From: a virus
Taxonomy: Duplodnaviria > Heunggongvirae > Uroviricota > Caudoviricetes
DNA length: 64,000 nt
IMG/VR virus record: IMGVR_UViG_3300042549_004104
Span: 32,001 to 96,000 of that record
Strand: one strand, 5' to 3'
This document shows, one piece after another, positions 1 to 8,600 of the stretch. The position numbers were made by a program, and so were the translations under genes. Numbering within the stretch: the first letter of the stretch is position 1; each line of letters opens with the position of its first letter. The notes under the pieces are model-generated. The model was not told the origin of the DNA and made no database searches. It worked only from the letters and a program-made list of their open reading frames with translations.

Positions 1-605
1 GTAGCAATGTTCTTTAAATCTATTGCACGTCCGGATGCAATTAAATCCTGTCCCCAATAAAATGTGCTCAAATTGACACCGGTGATATCTGATGTAATTA
101 AGTCATTCATGTTACTATAGATACCATTTAAAAATGTTCTACTCTTTGCTAAAGGTTTTATTATACCATTGACAAGTGATTTTTTTCCATTACAAGTATT
201 AAACGTACTTACAAAATCACTATAACTACCATTGTTAACGTAAAATTCTGTATATGCTTGTAATGGAATTAAGCGTAAAAATCCATGTCTAGTAATATCT
301 CCGGTATAACTAAGTGTGTATGTACTGGGTTTACTATTACCTAATGCAGGAATTGTAGTGCTACCTATACTAATTAAATTATTGTATACTGTACTTGTTA
401 TAGATGATGCAGATAATAAATTATATGCAAGATTTAAGCATGTAGTGATAGTTGACAATACTGTTGTTGATACAACTACTCCGGGTGTGTAACTTGCATT
501 AGAGGTGCTAGTACCCATATAGTTTACTGCTGTCGGGTTTATTCTTAAACCTTGATTTTGTAGGAATGACCCTAGTGTGTTAATCTTTAATGGAGTTAAA
601 CTCAT
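1..605 (-). CDS. hypothetical protein, possibly structural; runs off the left edge of the window
   Basis: Not in the ORF track. ATG at 605-603 overlaps the PAAR stop (ATGA). Hand translation MSLTPLKINTLGSFLQNQGLRINP...IPALGNSKP...YSNMNDLITSDITGVNLSTFYWGQDLIASGRAIDL stays open to the window edge. Confidence 0.8.
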   Translation of the reverse strand, partial: MSLTPLKINTLGSFLQNQGLRINPTAVNYMGTSTSNASYTPGVVVSTTVLSTITTCLNLAYNLLSASSITSTVYNNLISIGSTTIPALGNSKPSTYTLSYTGDITRHGFLRLIPLQAYTEFYVNNGSYSDFVSTFNTCNGKKSLVNGIIKPLAKSRTFLNGIYSNMNDLITSDITGVNLSTFYWGQDLIASGRAIDLKNIA

Positions 606-883
606 GGGACTTGAATATCAGGGCTGCCTTGTATAATACTGTGGCCACAACTATTACCTGAGCCAACACGCAAAACAGGGACTCCCTCCGCAAAAACAGT
701 TGGACTACCTGAAGTAGTTTTGGCTGCGGCATGCGGTGGGTGCGGATTTCCCCACGGAGCGTGAGGAGTGATTTGACTAACATGTAGTCCTACATTTATG
801 CCATTTGCTAAGACGGTAGAGGCTCCGCGCATAATTGCGCCACCTACTTGATTTTTATCCCCTACACGACTCAAATTAGACAT
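602..883 (-). CDS. PAAR-domain baseplate spike tip protein (T4 gp5.4-like)
   Basis: 93 aa with RVGD start, GASTVLANG, ITPHAP, PHPPH, GSPTVFAEGVPVLRVG and CGH...GSPD. The His/Cys metal ligands are typical of PAAR proteins. Confidence 0.88.
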   Translation of the reverse strand: MSNLSRVGDKNQVGGAIMRGASTVLANGINVGLHVSQITPHAPWGNPHPPHAAAKTTSGSPTVFAEGVPVLRVGSGNSCGHSIIQGSPDIQVP

Positions 884-888
884 TTATT

Positions 889-1182
889 TTATCCTAAAAT
901 AATCTTCTTATCAGGCACTTTAATACCTGTTGTTGCTTCTAAGTACTTATCTGCGACACTTTGTTCTGTGTATGCATAAAGTGAAATGCTACTTCTATTT
1001 ATTCTAATTTCTTGGTTAATATCTGCTGTGAACATGCTCGGAACCATTTGCATTCCTTGCTGTGTAGGTGCGATACTGACCGGGTTTGTTACTTCAATAT
1101 AGTCTGAATTTGTGTTAATTACTTTGGCAATTAATTCTTCACCCGAGTTCAATTTAATTGTATATGTTTTTCCTGTATCCAT
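889..1182 (-). CDS. conserved T4-like phage protein, probable Sm-like fold
   Basis: IKLNSGEELIAKV...NPVSI motif and C-terminal TTGIKVP. Translationally coupled to the glutaredoxin (TAATG). Confidence 0.6.
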   Translation of the reverse strand: MDTGKTYTIKLNSGEELIAKVINTNSDYIEVTNPVSIAPTQQGMQMVPSMFTADINQEIRINRSSISLYAYTEQSVADKYLEATTGIKVPDKKIILG

Positions 1183-1412
1183 TAAACGCTTTCTGTTAAT
1201 TTTGTTTTGAGTTCATTGAACCCACCGATTAATTCTCCATCTAAGAAGATTTGCGGTACTGTGCGGGCGGTTGGAACTGCCTCTAATAATTCTTCACGGG
1301 TGTATCCATCACCAATTTTGCGTTCTTCAAAAGAGATACCCTTTTGTGTTAGTAATGCCTTTGCTTGGTCGCAATACGGGCAGTGGTACTTACTCCATAC
1401 GATAGCTTTCAT
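1182..1412 (-). CDS. glutaredoxin (RNR reductant; GrxC/NrdC-like)
   Basis: CPYC active site and RTVPQIF...IGGF; lies downstream of nrdAB. Confidence 0.95.
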   Translation of the reverse strand: MKAIVWSKYHCPYCDQAKALLTQKGISFEERKIGDGYTREELLEAVPTARTVPQIFLDGELIGGFNELKTKLTESV

Positions 1413-1423
1413 ATTTTTTCTCC

Positions 1424-1711
1424 TTATTTCTTTTCTGGTAATTTAATGACGCACGGGCTGTCAATCTTAACTGACATTTCATGTACTTTTTTGCTCCATG
1501 CTAATAATTTATCTGATAGCCAATCTAAGAATTTTACTCTTAGACAACGTTCTTTCATTTCAATTTGCTCAAACTTAGCCATAACGTTTTTGGCTACATC
1601 TCTTGCTTGCTCGTGTCCACGTTTTGCGGATTCTTTGATAATATAATCGGTTGTTAGTTTTGCTTCTTCTAATCGTTGTTTTTGTTCTTCTGTAAGTGTT
1701 TGAGTTGTCAT
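1424..1711 (-). CDS. hypothetical protein
   Basis: 95-aa ORF filling the gap between nrdB and the glutaredoxin, with an AAGGA RBS upstream. Confidence 0.7.
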   Translation of the reverse strand: MTTQTLTEEQKQRLEEAKLTTDYIIKESAKRGHEQARDVAKNVMAKFEQIEMKERCLRVKFLDWLSDKLLAWSKKVHEMSVKIDSPCVIKLPEKK

Positions 1712-1720
1712 GTTATTCCT

Positions 1721-2833
1721 TTATAATACCGGTAGTTCTTCGTAGTCAACTACATCTGACATAACGCCAATAACGTAGTTAGTTGATTCTGTTTCTTGCA
1801 ATGCTGATTGCTTTTTGTTGATATTCACATGTTTGTTGAACCAAGGAATAGGTGAATTCTTTGGATGATTTTCGTTATACTTGATACCGATATCTTTAAG
1901 TCTATTAAAAGCAGTATAGTCTACGAAATCTTTAAGAATATCGGCGTTCAATCCAATAACAACACCCTTACTGAATAGATAGTCTGCCCATTCTTTTTCT
2001 TCACGAATAACATCTAAGTACATAGCATAGACTTCACGTTCACATTCTTGTTTTGCTTTTACGAATCTAGGATCATCTTTAACTACGTTATTAATTAACC
2101 AAGCTGTCCATTCTGTATGCAACAATTCGTCTTGTAATATCAAACTGATAATGTTTCCGTTACCAATGTAAATCTTGTTTTCTACCATAGCAAGACTAGT
2201 TGCAAAACTAACCATGAAACGTAATGCTTCTAATGCATAGCTAGCGTTTAGTGCCATCCAAATTGCTTTGATATGTACCTCTTCACGAACCATACCTGTC
2301 ATTTCACTACTTAATTCTTTATGACAATTTATTCTGTGTAGTTCATCATAATATTTACCTACACTACTAGACATTTCTACTATTTCTTTAGTATCGTGAA
2401 TTTTATTAAATTCTTCTTTGGGCACACCATAGACATTGCGAATGATATGACTATAGCTCTTGCTATGAATGTTAGTCTCAAAGAAACTCCAATTACTAAC
2501 TAATGCTTCTAATTCAGGAATAGAGATAACTGGACTGAATACTTGACTTGGCGCACGTCCTTGAATACTATCAAGTGCAGTTTGTCTTAACAAGTTGCTA
2601 GTAAAGATATGTTTAATTGCATCACTGCTATCCTTGTGGTCAATCTTATCTTTAGTTAAACTAATTTCTTCTGGCACCCAAAAGAAGCCACGTGCTGTTT
2701 CTTCATACTTAGCTAGTCTTGGGTACTTGACTTCTTCAAATCGTTGTACAGTTACAGGACCTTCTGGATCTAAAAACATTGTACGTTTTAGATAGTTAGT
2801 CTGTTTACTCAGGTTATATTGGTCTTTACTCAT
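1721..2833 (-). CDS. nrdB: ribonucleotide reductase class Ia beta subunit
   Basis: FFWVPEEI, QTALDSIQGRAP, ETNIHSKSY (radical Tyr), LEALRF, DELLH, and C-terminal QETESTNY. Start moved to ATG 2833, which overlaps the nrdA stop (ATGA). Confidence 0.95.
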   Translation of the reverse strand: MSKDQYNLSKQTNYLKRTMFLDPEGPVTVQRFEEVKYPRLAKYEETARGFFWVPEEISLTKDKIDHKDSSDAIKHIFTSNLLRQTALDSIQGRAPSQVFSPVISIPELEALVSNWSFFETNIHSKSYSHIIRNVYGVPKEEFNKIHDTKEIVEMSSSVGKYYDELHRINCHKELSSEMTGMVREEVHIKAIWMALNASYALEALRFMVSFATSLAMVENKIYIGNGNIISLILQDELLHTEWTAWLINNVVKDDPRFVKAKQECEREVYAMYLDVIREEKEWADYLFSKGVVIGLNADILKDFVDYTAFNRLKDIGIKYNENHPKNSPIPWFNKHVNINKKQSALQETESTNYVIGVMSDVVDYEELPVL

Positions 2834-5151
2834 AATACACAACTCTCACAATATTCTTCATCTTCAATGATATCTTGCTTTACAAAAGGAATAATGTTAT
2901 CTTCTTGTAATGCTGCCTTACTACCTACTTTGTTAATTAAACTATAATAGATAGTTTTGATGCCCCATTTATATGCAAGCATTAAATTCTTAGCAATCAA
3001 TGTTCCGGGTACTTTACCTTCAGCAAAGTATGCGGGATTGTAGAATGTATTAGTACTTAAACTTTGGTCAATATATACTGCTAACACTGCTGATGTTTTC
3101 AAATACTCTACACAATCCTTTTGATCCCACATCAATTGATAGCGATTCTTTAAACGTTTGTACTCTGGCACGACTTGTACAAACGAACCAGCCTTTGATT
3201 CCTTCACAGAAATCAATTCCATCGGCATTTCAATTCCGTTGGTGGAGTTTAACACAACTGAGCTGGATTCGACCGGTGCCACGGCCATTAAAGTTGCATT
3301 GCGAATGCCATACTTCAATAATTTTTCACGTAGACTTTCCCAATCCATACTAGGACTAAAGTCTGTCAATTCATTAACACCTTCACTTCTACGTTCCCAG
3401 GGAAATACACCCTGACCATAAAATGTGTGTTGACTACGTTGACACGCACCACGTTCTTGTGCTAGTTCTACGCTTGTTTCTGTTAGATAGTATGCTTGAT
3501 GTTCCATCCAACGCTTTACTTCTGCTAATGCTTCTGGCTCGCCGTATTTAAAACTACGCTTTGCATGCCAGTAAGCTAAATTGGTAATCCCTACACCAAG
3601 AGGTTCGAAATCTAAGTTAGCTAACTTACTCTGTATACTGAGGAAGTCTTGATAGCTAAGGAGATTACTTAAACTTCTGACTAATACCCTACATGCCTTA
3701 CGCATTTCTTGGGGCGTCTTAAACGCACCCCAGTTCACACTGCCTAATGTACATAGTGCAATGCGCCCTGCCTCGTCTTCAATACGTTGAAAAGGTTTAG
3801 TAGGTAATAGTATTTCTTGGCAAAGGTTACTCTGATAAATCGGATCTAGTTTAGTATCAAACGGACCCTGATTAATTACGTTATCAATGAATACTAGATA
3901 GATACGACCTGTATCAGTACGTTCTTTTAGTATTCCATTTTTAAATATTTCAACTGCTGGCAAAGTTTTCTTTTTAATGCCACGCTTACTTTCATACATT
4001 GTATAAAGTTTTTCAAATTCTTCACTATCTCTATAGTATGCTTCATACAAATCCGGTACATCATGTGGATCAAACAATGTGATATTTTCATTTTTAGCGA
4101 AACGATTAAAAAACATCTTGTTAACTACAACACTGTAATCCATTTGACGCACACGTGTTTCTTCTGTACCTTGGTTGTTCTTTAACACAATCAAATCTTC
4201 AAACTGATAGTGCCATACTGGGAATGTAACTGTGCAACTTGCATTACGTACACCACCTTGACTACAACTACGTAGATCACCAAACCATTTCTTTAAGAAA
4301 GGAATCATACCAGTATGTTTAATTTCACCGTTACGAATAGGTGCACCCAGTGGACGAATGCGACCAATCTCTAATCCAATGCCAGCACGTTTGCTAGCAT
4401 ACTTTGCCATCATTTCGCCGGCGGCAAAAATACTGTCCAATGTATCATCACTAGAAATAAGTACACAGCTAGAAAACTGCTTAGTAGTAGTGCCAAGACC
4501 AGCGAGAACAGGGGTAGCAAGAGTAAAATGACCATCACTTGCACATTCGTAATATTCTTTGACATATTTTAATCTCTTATCTTTATGTTCATTATGAAAT
4601 GCAGTGGCGGCTGCAATAGCATATCTTACTTGAGGACTTTCAAAGATTTGACCAGTAGCACGGTTCTGTACTAAGTACTTTTCTGCAAGTTGAGCGATAG
4701 CCGCATAGGTATAATTTTCGTCCTTGCTATGGTCTAAAAACAAATCAATAATATCCCATTCTTCTTTTGTATACCAATCTAACAACTCAGATGTATACAT
4801 TCCTAACTCTACATTCTTTTTAACAATATCATATAACGGTGGAGGATTATAAGTTCCATAAACTTCTTTACGTAACATAGATACCTTTTGTCTTCCTGCT
4901 ACATATTGATAGTTTACATTATTAATGTCTGGGTTTTCTGTTTCGTCAATCAAATTGACCATAGCCTTAAGCAACAATTCATCAATTGTTTCTGTGCTTA
5001 TTCCATCGTGTAATTCAATTTGTGCTTTAATTTCAATCATACTCGGGCTTACATTATCTATACCCTTACAATCATACGCTACTTGTCTTTGTATCTTTGA
5101 AATATCTAGCGGGACTGTTTCCCCGTTTCTTTTAATTACATTTATATTCAT
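2830..5151 (-). CDS. nrdA: ribonucleotide reductase class Ia alpha subunit with ATP-cone
   Basis: VIKRNG ATP-cone, QFSSCVL, CSQGGVR, SNLCQEI (thiyl Cys), ALCTL, KTIYY and C-terminal CESC. Confidence 0.97.
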   Translation of the reverse strand: MNINVIKRNGETVPLDISKIQRQVAYDCKGIDNVSPSMIEIKAQIELHDGISTETIDELLLKAMVNLIDETENPDINNVNYQYVAGRQKVSMLRKEVYGTYNPPPLYDIVKKNVELGMYTSELLDWYTKEEWDIIDLFLDHSKDENYTYAAIAQLAEKYLVQNRATGQIFESPQVRYAIAAATAFHNEHKDKRLKYVKEYYECASDGHFTLATPVLAGLGTTTKQFSSCVLISSDDTLDSIFAAGEMMAKYASKRAGIGLEIGRIRPLGAPIRNGEIKHTGMIPFLKKWFGDLRSCSQGGVRNASCTVTFPVWHYQFEDLIVLKNNQGTEETRVRQMDYSVVVNKMFFNRFAKNENITLFDPHDVPDLYEAYYRDSEEFEKLYTMYESKRGIKKKTLPAVEIFKNGILKERTDTGRIYLVFIDNVINQGPFDTKLDPIYQSNLCQEILLPTKPFQRIEDEAGRIALCTLGSVNWGAFKTPQEMRKACRVLVRSLSNLLSYQDFLSIQSKLANLDFEPLGVGITNLAYWHAKRSFKYGEPEALAEVKRWMEHQAYYLTETSVELAQERGACQRSQHTFYGQGVFPWERRSEGVNELTDFSPSMDWESLREKLLKYGIRNATLMAVAPVESSSVVLNSTNGIEMPMELISVKESKAGSFVQVVPEYKRLKNRYQLMWDQKDCVEYLKTSAVLAVYIDQSLSTNTFYNPAYFAEGKVPGTLIAKNLMLAYKWGIKTIYYSLINKVGSKAALQEDNIIPFVKQDIIEDEEYCESCVL

Positions 5152-5161
5152 TCTGCACCTG

Positions 5162-5599
5162 TTATAGTTTTTGTTGGATGTGTGAAATGTCCACCTGACG
5201 TTTGATTGTAAAATCTTTTGAACAGTTATTTACTACCGTATTGGGCCAGTAATTAAGTACATATTTTGCGCTATCGACCAGGACTAGTAAAACATCCTCC
5301 CCGTGCATATCTGTCGCTTCTACCATTTTTATATCATTTACTCCTACTAGTAGCAAAGTATAACACATTCCTAATGCCTTTGCAATAGTACAATAGGTAT
5401 TTTCGGCTAAAAGTTCCCAGGGGTCAGGCCAGATTTTTGTGTCCAAAATATGCAAATGATGATTGACTAATGGCGCTTGTTGCCAAAACTCATCAATAAA
5501 GACACATTTTTCTTTTGTATCTAGCTCAGTTATTTTTGTTCTTAATTCGTACCAGCTTCTTAATCTAGCATCATAGTTTAATTGAAATACGTTAATCAC
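5162..5599 (-). CDS. hypothetical protein
   Basis: 145-aa ORF with GTG start, preceded by a late-promoter-like GATAAGTA; motifs WPDPWELL and YCTIAKALGM. Confidence 0.75.
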   Translation of the reverse strand: MINVFQLNYDARLRSWYELRTKITELDTKEKCVFIDEFWQQAPLVNHHLHILDTKIWPDPWELLAENTYCTIAKALGMCYTLLLVGVNDIKMVEATDMHGEDVLLVLVDSAKYVLNYWPNTVVNNCSKDFTIKRQVDISHIQQKL

Positions 5600-5603
5600 G
5601 TAC

Positions 5604-5611
5604 TACTTATC
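5604..5611 (-). promoter_or_regulatory. putative late promoter variant GATAAGTA
   Basis: One-mismatch variant of the GATAAATA motif, 4 nt before GTG 5599. Confidence 0.4.
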
Positions 5612-5643
5612 ACAAATAAAATTGTTTAGTGATTTTCGTAAAA

Positions 5644-8600
5644 TTATTTAGTTATAAGCGCACTGGTTGGTGGTGTAAAGTTTGCTGTATATCGTGCGTA
5701 TCCTTTAGTAAAGCGTAAATCGTCTATATAAGCATTAATATATCTACCACCTTCACCTGAGTAAAAATTAGCACCAATATATAATCCGTCCATGCTTGCC
5801 GCAGTACCGCCGTCTAATGCCGCACTTGACGTAGCAGTTGCTTCTATAGTACCATTTACAAACATTCTCCATGTACTACCGGAACGTGTTATAGTTAAAT
5901 ACACCCATGCGCCATTTGTTACATTGGATGTACTAGCCAATAATGGCTGGGTTACAATATTGTTTACCCAAAAACTATACTTACCTGCGGCTGAAGAATG
6001 GGGTGCGTGAAATGCCCACTTATTAGTTGTCCATGTTGTACCATAATTACCCATAATATTAGGATTCCATGCTGCATTTTGTGAAACTGGATAGTACCAG
6101 AATTCTATAGTAAAATCACCAGAACCCATAGCATAATTTAAGTTTGGTGGTGCATATAGATAATCACCAGTACCATCAAAATACATACTAGCATTATTAT
6201 ACTTCTTAACACTTGTACTCAATTGTGCATTACCCAAAGTCTCTAACACATTACTAGAATGTTGGTCAATAATGCCACCGTTATTAAAGTTTAATAATAA
6301 ACTTGCCGGAGCAGTAGTTAAACTTGTTAGTGCTTGTGTGGGTGGTACAAAGTTACTGGTGTATACTGCTGTACCTTTGACTACACGAAGGTCGCTCATA
6401 TAACCCTGCCAATCATAAGACCCACTTAAACTCCATTCACTACCGATCCTAAATAGTGCAGTGGTAGAATAATTATTTGTGTCAGCAAAACTACCAGCAG
6501 AAATGCCGTTTATATACAAAGTTGTGGTTGAATTATTTTTAACAAGCGCCCAATGAACCCATGCATTTGAAATGACTACTCCTGCTGTCAATGCAACGCC
6601 ACTATTAATATAAACAATATATGACCCGCTACTTACATATATTGCAGGGAAAAGTCCATTACCTGATACTCGTTGGTCAAATAAATACTTGGTTACACTG
6701 GCAGCGGCAGTTAAATAATGCCATCCTTCTACTGTAAAATTTGATGTACCATAAGTAAAGACAGCATTTGAGGCTGTAGTTAAATAGTCACCAGTACCAT
6801 CCAAATACACACTACCACCATGTAAACTTGGGGTATAACTTGTTGTACTCTGTGCGGTGTATCCAAATGGGTTGAATATTCTTGGTATTGTATTACCGGT
6901 TGCAGTAATAGTGAATGCATTTGTTGAGTTATCAATCATTCTTGTTGATTGACATGTTAGTAAACTTGTGTTTGCTATTGCTGTTAGTGGTGTAGTGCTT
7001 GGTGTGAACGTAGTAGTATAAAGTCCTGTGCCTTTAAGAATCCTTAAATTGCTACAGTACCCAGCTTGGGAAGTAGAACCACCGGAATCATCTGTAAACA
7101 CTCTGACTTTGGTGCTAGTATAATTATTTCCATCAGTATATGATGATCCAACCTGTGAACCATTAACAAATAAACGAGTAGTACCTGAATTTCTAGAAAG
7201 TGCAATATGATACCAAACATTAGTTGATAGGGTTGAGCCAACTATTGTCGCTCCGCCGTTTGTGTAATATGTTAGTACACCACTGTTCATGAATAGCGTA
7301 GGTCTAACTGACGGGTGAGTACCTCCTCGTTGGTCAATCAAGTTGGGAGTACCACCTATCGCAGTTAAGTACGCCCAAAATTCTATTGTAAAATCGCCGG
7401 TGCCGTATGTGAATGCTGAACTAGTAGCACTGTCAAGATAATCACCAGTACCATCAAAGTAAACACTATAACTAATAGGCGTTGCTTCAGGTACACTACC
7501 GAATGGATCTAAGGCTTGAACTGAAACATCACCGTTTCTAGTTAATGTAAAATTGTTTATTGAGTTATCAATTAATCTATTACTCTGGCATGTCAATAAA
7601 CTTGTGTTTGCTATTGCTGTTAGTGGAGTTGTACTTGGTGTGAATGTAGAAGTATATAATGCAGTACCTTTTAATATACGTAAGTTACTAATATATCCAC
7701 TCACATCATATGTAGATAAATTAGACCAACCACCAATTATTGGACTCGAAGATACTGTCCAGTTTTCGGCATCCGTAGCAGTTGTTACTACTGATCCGTT
7801 AACAAAGAGATAAGCACTATTAGCAGAAGTACTAGTTCTAGATGCTGCTATATGATACCAGGTATTTAAATTAATTAAACCTGCATTGCTTTGAAATATG
7901 TTTCCTGTACCATATTTATTTACTTGTAATCTACCGGTCGGCAGCACAGCAAAACCAAAACCGCCGGCACTACTAGCAGATCCAAATATATTTGATTCAA
8001 ATGAATCATATGCTGTTAGATAGATCCAGGCTTCAACTGTATACTCACCTGTACCGAAAGCAAACGCACTGTTACTTGGTACTGTCAAATAGTCCCCAGT
8101 ACCATCAAAGTAATTACTCCAACCAGTAACACTATAAGGACTAAATGTACCCTGACTTGTATTACCATTTCTTGTGATAATGTTATTGAAATTAGATTGG
8201 TCTAAAAATACATTATTATTTATTGGTTGGTTGTATTGTAATGTTAATAAACTTGTGTTTGTTATTGCTGTTAGTGGACTTGTTGGTGGGGTGAATGCGG
8301 TTGTATAGACTGCGGTGCCTTTAACAACACGAAGATTAGATATATAACCATTTAGTTGTTGTCCACTTATAGCGCCAGAAATATAGATTGGCCAGGAACT
8401 TCCATTATCCAGTGCAACACTACTAGTTACTGTTGCTTCAGAATTACCGTTTACAAATAATCTCCAGGTGTTACCTGATCTAGTTACAGCAACATGATGC
8501 CACATATTAATAGTTGCTGTTGTAGTACTAGTCAACATTGGGCTTGGTGATGAATAATTATTAACCCAAAAAGTAAATTTTTCATTAGCAGAAACATGGT

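Noticed and set aside
1721-5151. Introns, inteins or homing endonucleases in nrdA/nrdB
   Set aside because: Both ORFs are continuous and of ordinary length, with no inserted domains.
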